Origin: Octopus sinensis | Taxonomy: Eukaryota | NCBI RefSeq assembly: GCF_006345805.1 | Contig: NC_043015.1 | Coordinates: 7,378,001 to 7,442,000 of the forward strand | Direction: 5' to 3' | DNA length: 64,000 nt | Shown here: piece by piece, positions 57,561 through 64,000 of the stretch | How the letters are laid out: every line of letters begins with the position of its first letter | How positions within the stretch are numbered: the first letter of the stretch is position 1 | The notes under the pieces: model-generated | What the model was told of the DNA's origin: nothing | Seen by the model: only the letters and a program-made list of their open reading frames with translations | The model's database searches: none | Program-made: the position numbers and the translations under genes

Positions 57561-58759
57561 GTATATAATAATAACAATAATGATAATAATAATAATTATA
57601 ATTATGATCAACGGATGGAATTTACAAATATTTTAACGCTTCGCTAGGCGCGTTTCCAGAAATCACACACATACACACTTCAACGGTTTTGGGGATATAT
57701 GTAAATCATTCTATATGCAACAATATAATACACACAAGTATGCATGAAATTTATATAAAAACTTAATACATAACACAGTGAAGCCGTAGTAGTTTCCACT
57801 CGTATTTAGCACCTGCTATGAGTTCATGTAAAAATGTTTAATACCGTTGCTTCGAATGTTGCAAACTTTGGAACAGTTGATAGGCTAGTCGGTAGGTAAT
57901 TTAGAAGGGTTTTATTTTGGGGTTTATATTTCGGTACTTTTTAATATTCCATGATAACCTACATGTAACTTGTAAGTCACATTAAAAAAAATGAATAACT
58001 TATGCTTTTTTAACTGCTTTACTCCCTCTCTTCAGCATAACTTCAAAGTAGTTGTCACGATTTAAAATTAATTTTTAAGCATTTCATCAGTACTTTTTCC
58101 CACACATTCTAAAATTCTTGTCATAAACATTCAAAATTAAATAAAATTGAAATCATTTTAAAAAATTCTTTAACTTATCTTTTCCTCCCTTTACCTTGTC
58201 TTTGAAGAATTTTTCAGTATTTATACTTCTAATGCATATTACATTACAATTCTTCTTAAAAATGGTCCTGAATTTCTATTTCTTAACATCATTCTTACCT
58301 ATGCCAACCACCATTGATTCATTTATTTTTGGGGGCCTCATTTTCTTACTCTCACATTTCCCATTTTGCAAAACGAAAAAAAAATAAAAGAAAAACAATT
58401 CTCTGAACAAAACAAAAATGAAATGAATTATCTAAAGCTGCTCATGGTGGCTTAACATACTAAAATTAAAATGTGCACTACATCACATATGTTAAATTTT
58501 TATACTACAAGTTTACATGGACAAGAAAGTAATGACACCCTCCCCGGGAAAGAGATATTGTCTTAGAAAATGTATTGGCAAAAATAAAAAGAAATCGATA
58601 AACGTCCTCTTAAATTGAATTTCACGTGACGTTTTTTTTTTTGGGTTTTTCATTTCCCACATACAAAATCGTGAAGTGTTTGTTCTTCACACCAAGATAT
58701 CAGCGTTCAGCTATTTGAAGTTTAGGATATCAATATTTCTCAACAATTAAAGGCGGTGA

Positions 58760-58925
58760 ACTGGCAGAATCGTTACCGTGCCGGAAAATAATGCTTAGCG
58801 GCATTTCTTCCGACATTACGTTCTGAGTTGAAATCAAGGCCAATAAAATAAGTCCCAGTTGAGTGTATTATCGTCTTGCACCCTCTTCCCATATTGCTGG
58901 TCTTGTGCGAAAATTTGAAACTAAT
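58760..58925 (+). mobile_element. Degenerate, internally deleted SINE family A copy
   Basis: AAGGCGGTGAACTGGCAGAATCGTTA...ACGTTCTGAGTT...GGTCTTGTGCGAAAATTTGAAA. Confidence 0.75.
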
Positions 58926-59429
58926 ATTTCGCGACTATATTGTTCCCACTCCAAGGAAAGATATTCTATTAGAAGACGCAGGAGTAAAAGAAAGAAATAG
59001 AAACGTAACGTTTTAGTTTAAAAGAGCTTCAAGAAATTACTGCAGGAGTGGCTGTGTGGTAAGTAGTTTACTTTCCAGCCACACAGTTCTGCGTTCAGTC
59101 CCACTGTGTGGCACCTTGGGCAAGTGTCTTCTACTATAGCCTCGGGCCGACCAAAGATTTGGTAGACGGAAACTGAAAAAAGCCCGTCGTGTCTACCCCC
59201 TCTATCTCTATCCTCCCTCCCCTCCTCTTCTCCTCTCCTTCCTCCCCCTCTCCTCTCCTTCCTTCTCCCCCTCCCCTCTTATCCCCTTTCTTTCTCACCC
59301 TCACCTCCCCGCCCCCTCTTCTCTCTCTACACTACACCATACGACTTTACACATCACATCATATATACATACACACGTCTAGACCTCTCATACGCACTAA
59401 TACTCTCTCATACACACACACACATACAC

Positions 59430-59730
59430 TCTTATGTTTGAGCGGGGGTCATTCAACCCTATTATCTCCTCTAATTTCGCTCTTGCGTCTCATGTTTGAT
59501 CTTTGACTTCTGGCCGAAATCAGATCGCCATGTTGATTCGCTAGCTTTTGCACGCATATTTTTTTCTGTTGTATCTTTCTGTTGAAGAGCGTAGGCTCGA
59601 AACATTAAAGACTTGTTTCATTTATATTTCCTGAGCGCCATACAAATACAATTGTTTGTTTGTATTCCACCTGCCTTCGTCTTTTGTTTATTTCCGTAAA
59701 CCTGCCTTCGTCTTTTGTCTATTTTCATAA
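59430..59730 (+). mobile_element. Insert inside the SINE C microsatellite, probably a Penelope-like pseudo-LTR/UTR fragment
   Basis: It is non-SINE sequence carrying a hammerhead-like motif. A 19-bp direct repeat ACCTGCCTTCGTCTTTTGT lies at 59669-59687 and 59700-59718. The Penelope assignment is inferred from the known link between minimal hammerheads and PLEs. Confidence 0.5.
59574..59611 (+). ncRNA. Minimal type I hammerhead-ribozyme-like motif (variant core, probably decayed)
   Basis: TCTTT-CTGTTGA-A-GAGC-GTAG-GCTC-GAAA-CA-T-T-AAAGA: 5-bp stem I, 4-bp stem II with a tetraloop, GAAA, and a very short stem III. It deviates from consensus at A6->U and ACGU->ACAU. Confidence 0.45.
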
Positions 59731-59733
59731 AGC

Positions 59734-59901
<168 letters not shown>

Positions 59902-61324
59902 CATATATATATACACATATATATATACACATATATATATACATATATATATACATATATATATACATATATATATATACATATATATATACATATATAT
60001 ATACTATATATATACATATATATATACATATATATATATGTATGTATGTGTATATGTTTGTGTGTGTGTGTTTGTCCCCCCCCCCAACATCACTTGACAA
60101 CCGATGCTGGTGTGTTTAGTCCCCGTAAATTAGCGGTTTGGCAAAAGAGACCGATAGAATAAGTACTAGGCTTACAAAGAATAAGTCCTGGGGTCGATTT
60201 TCTCGACTAAAGGTGATGCTCTAGCATGGCCGCAGTCAAATGACTGAAACAAGTGAAAGGGAGTAAAAGAGTAAAGCGATTGAGAAAAGGAGAGCAAAGG
60301 ATTGTTACATTCTACCTTTATGCAATTAAAAAAATGCTCTTATCTACATTTCGAACTTCTGAAATAATCTATTCTACAAATATCTTTCAAAATTCTAATC
60401 TGGTTTTTCACACATTTTAGCGTGTAATTTCTTTGATATTTTTTATCAACCCCAGAAACTAACCAGCGTTATACGGAAGAACATGGAACGTTAGAAATTA
60501 AAAGAAAATGGTGCTTTGAAATTCTATTTACGAATTACATGTCTCCAAATGTGGGTTATTATAAAATGAAATATAATGTAAAAAGAAATGCTTTCTAATC
60601 GTGACAGCGATTCCAAAGGCATGACGAAGGAAAGGGATTAAGAAATTTAAAAAGCATGGATTAAAATAAAATGATTTTTTGTTGATTGTGACGACTCAGA
60701 AAGTGAGATATAAAATGATGAAAAATGCACATAAAACTATATAAAAACAAGGCTTCCATTTTTTTTTTTGTGTGTGAAAGCTGTTCCGAAATTTCGGCAC
60801 AGTAGAATTCAGTAATAATAGTAGTGTTGTTCAATATTCCGGTGATATATCGTCTCCCCTTACGTAACTATGTTATCTATGATGTGAGGGGAGATGACAG
60901 AAATACAATAATGTGTATTGACAAAAAAGAATTGATCGGATGTAGGACATTGTTTGTCATTCCATTGCTGTCATAATTATGGAGGCCAGGTCGGTCCATT
61001 CGTGTTCAGCTGCGGAAGATATACAGACTACCGTATCTCATCAAATTTCTGGCTGTTGCTTTCCTTGTAAGGGGGTGGGGGCGGTTAGGTCAGATATTTC
61101 CTGAGGTGCAAACATTCTAGGAATCTAGGACACATTCCGAGTTGATAATTAATATAATTTTGGCTGTGTTTCACTGAACACAGATCAATATACAGATTTG
61201 ATAATTATCGTCAAACTTTGTCAGGTGTAGAAGAGAATTATGCAACTTACTACAGAACCGAAAACTTTTGACAACGTACCACGCCTTACAGCGCACTTTT
61301 TTATACACACACATATTGTTGTTG

Positions 61325-61835
61325 TTGTGACCCCCTTCGGTCATGAATGACCATGGGATTGCACCTAGAAAGTTACCCTTCGATGCAGAAGTCTGGGTAA
61401 GGTTGTTTATGGAAGACCAGCAGTCGCCCACGCATACCAGCCTTCCCTCACCACGCCACTGATGTTATCCAAGGGAAAGGCAAAGGCCAATTCAGCTTGG
61501 CACCAGTGATGTCGCAGCTCATTTATTAACGTGCAAGTGGCTGAGCACTCCACAGACATGTGTACTCTTAACGTAGTTCTCGAGAAGATTCAGCGAGACA
61601 CAGAGAGTGACAAGACTGGCCCTTTGAAATACAGGTACAACAGAAACAGGAAGAGAGAATGAGAGAAAGTTGTGGTGAAAGAGTACAGCAGGGTTCACTC
61701 ACTCCCTTCCGGGGCCTCTTGGAGCTTTATATGTTTTTGCTCAATAAACACTCACAATGCCCAGTCTGGGAATCGAAACCGCGATCCTACGACCGCGAGT
61801 CCGCTGCTCGAACCACTGGGCCATCGCGCCTCCAC
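61325..61835 (-). mobile_element. Chimeric SINE: family B head and body (61525-61835) fused to a family D tail (61325-61524)
   Basis: 61525-61835 is the reverse complement of the family B element at 39418. At 61524/61525 the sequence switches abruptly to CAGCTCATTT...GGGATTGCACCTAGAAAGTTACCCT, as in family D at 47744-47910. Confidence 0.85.
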
Positions 61836-62024
61836 GCGCGCGCGCACGCACGCGCACACACACACACGCACGCACACACACACACGCACACACGCACACG
61901 CACACACACACACACACACACACATAAATATATCTCTGTATGTGTATGTGTGTGTATGTATGTGTATGTGTGTGTGTGTGCGTGTGAGTATGTATTTCGT
62001 AAAACATATTTTGTGATATTCTTT

Positions 62025-62290
62025 CATCCTTTTACTTGTTTCAGTCATCTGACTGCAGCCATGCTGGAGATCCGCCTTGAAGTATTTTAGTCGAAGGAAT
62101 CGACCCTAGAACGTCTTTCTTAAAAGTCTAGTCCTTTTTCAATCGACATCAACAGCGGTTGTCAAGCGGTGATGGGAAACAAACAGAGACACAAAGACAC
62201 ACACATAGACACGTACGTTTCAATTTCCCTCTACCAAACCTACTCACAACCATGTGATTGGTAAGCAAGCTTCTTAGCATACAGCCTCGC
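62025..62290 (-). mobile_element. Degenerate, deleted SINE family C copy
   Basis: TTTACTTGTTTCAGTCATCTGACTGCAGCCATGCTGG...GGTTGTCAAGCG...GATTGGTAAGCAAGC. Confidence 0.75.
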
Positions 62291-64000
62291 CTACGACATT
62301 TTATAATATAAATAATATATATTAGTAAGTAGATCATATTCGTAAATTCAGTCTTTATCATATCTGAGTGCGTATATGCATACATGTACATATACTTAGA
62401 CACATAATTACACACATACGTAAATACGTGCACGAAATTATACTTGTTTGCGTGTATGTCTGTGGGTGAGTAGATAGTGCTTAAAAGTCTAGAACGATAA
62501 AGTTTCAGGATCGACAGAACGCAAGTAGCATCATTATCTATCCCCCGGGATTCAAAATCGCCCTTAACCCATTTTAGGTTTATAAATTAAGCAATCGTTT
62601 CAAAGGCGGGTGTCAATTAAACCGAATATATTTGTAACGCAAATACTTTTGCCCTTTTGCTTAATTTAGAAGTATTGTGTACGAATCGATATCGCAACCC
62701 GAACTACAAAGATATTTTCGATATAAATAGAATGTAAATAATATTTGTATTAAATTGTGGTGACTTGATTTTGAAAGTACACTTCACAACTGTACATCTA
62801 ACCACACACAGATATATTTATGTTCCATATATATATACATACATAGGGAGAGAAAGGGAGAGATAAATTGCTATGCATAGATAGAAGATATAATGAGAAA
62901 GAAAGTGATAAATTGCTATACATAGATAGAAAGATAGATATATAGAAAGATAGATAGATAGATACGTACATTCATACATACATACACACGTACGTACATA
63001 CTGATGTACACTGACACCCTCATATATATATATTTATAAGTATGTATGTTGAATATATATGTATACACAGAAACGCATATTATTCACTGATTTAATAAGT
63101 TGACCGTTTTGTAAATTTATTTAATTATCTCCCTCCCTCTCACATTTCATACCTTGTACACTTAGGACAATGAAAGTAATACAATGTATCTGCAGGCAAA
63201 AAATGATCTGTATTAAAAGTTTCGTATAATGACATTAACTTTAACAGTTATGAAAATTAATACCCTGAAGTGAATTTTTCATTGTTAGACTCTCGTGAAG
63301 TCTACATATCATGTTTCCTCGGAGAACCTATCCCCAAACTAATCTATAGTACACTTAGTATAACAGAATTAGTTCAAGAAGGAGAAAAGAGAATACAAGC
63401 CACATAACGAACGTAAATCATTATGGTTATAGGATACTGTGAATGTCTAGAATTTGTGCAGGAACTTGAGCTGGTACATATTCTCAAACAGATATTCTGA
63501 AATTCAAAGTGACAGCCTATCTTTCATGATGGTATTCTAAGAATTATAGGGAAAAAGTAAAAATGAAAAATAAAAAAATACAGTACTTTATAAAAAAAAA
63601 TGAAACAAAAACAATCAGCATAGCTGATACCATTAAAGGACGAATGACATAGTACGGTACATATTTACGAAGATAAGTTGGTAAAAAGAATGCATTTGTA
63701 TGGATATGAGCCATTTCTGGAAAGTCATTTATCTTTTATTTGCATGTAAGTGAAAAACGAAGAAAAATAAGTAAATAAATATAAATAAATAATATATAAA
63801 TATATATCTATCTTCTTTAGCACCAATGTTTAATGCTTACACGTATCTCTGTCTAGGATTGATGTCTCAAGTCACGTCTTATTTTCGATTTATTTACCAA
63901 AACCATAAAATAAAAACCATTCTGAAATATTTTATGTATATCTGTGAAGCTACTATCTTCTCGGTAGGGATTTCTTATCGTGTATAATGTATTGGGGCGT

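Noticed and set aside
58298-58403. Minus-strand exon-like segment (strong acceptor, TAG|GTAAGA donor, MRPPKINESMVVGI)
   Set aside because: It is isolated, the peptide is unrecognised, and it links to no other exon.
63289-63408. Terminal-exon-like frame DSREVYISCFLGEPIPKLIYSTLSITELVQEGEKRIQAT*
   Set aside because: The acceptor is plausible, but no upstream exon or homology supports it.

Overview
This is eukaryotic, very AT-rich, microsatellite-dense non-coding DNA. It is most likely from an Octopus (coleoid cephalopod) genome; that is an inference from SINE families I recall from octopus sequence, not from a database search. I could not find a recognisable host protein-coding gene, rRNA, true tRNA or CRISPR array. 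Almost all ORFs in the supplied track are translations of (TA)n, (CA)n, (GA)n or (ATT)n tracts. The window looks like a large intron or intergenic region. It contains: about 25 copies or fragments of four tRNA-derived SINE families (called A-D here) whose heads and tails are recombined; decayed non-LTR retroelement pieces of four kinds (RTE, CR1/L2, R4/Dong-like with REL endonuclease, Penelope); Tc1/mariner-superfamily remnants (a Tc1 transposase with D-x36-D/E spacing, a mariner MITE, a Tigger/pogo MITE); and a near-identical 1.5-kb tandem duplication. The most interesting candidates are a minimal hammerhead-ribozyme-like motif with an unusual CUGUUGA core (59574-59611), head/tail swapping among SINEs, SINE-internal microsatellites acting as insertion sites, a pre-miRNA-like hairpin (60850-60897) and a small signal-anchor ORF (49529-49735). 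None of these is proven, and I did not find a clearly new biological system. TE fragment boundaries are approximate (about +/-10-30 bp).
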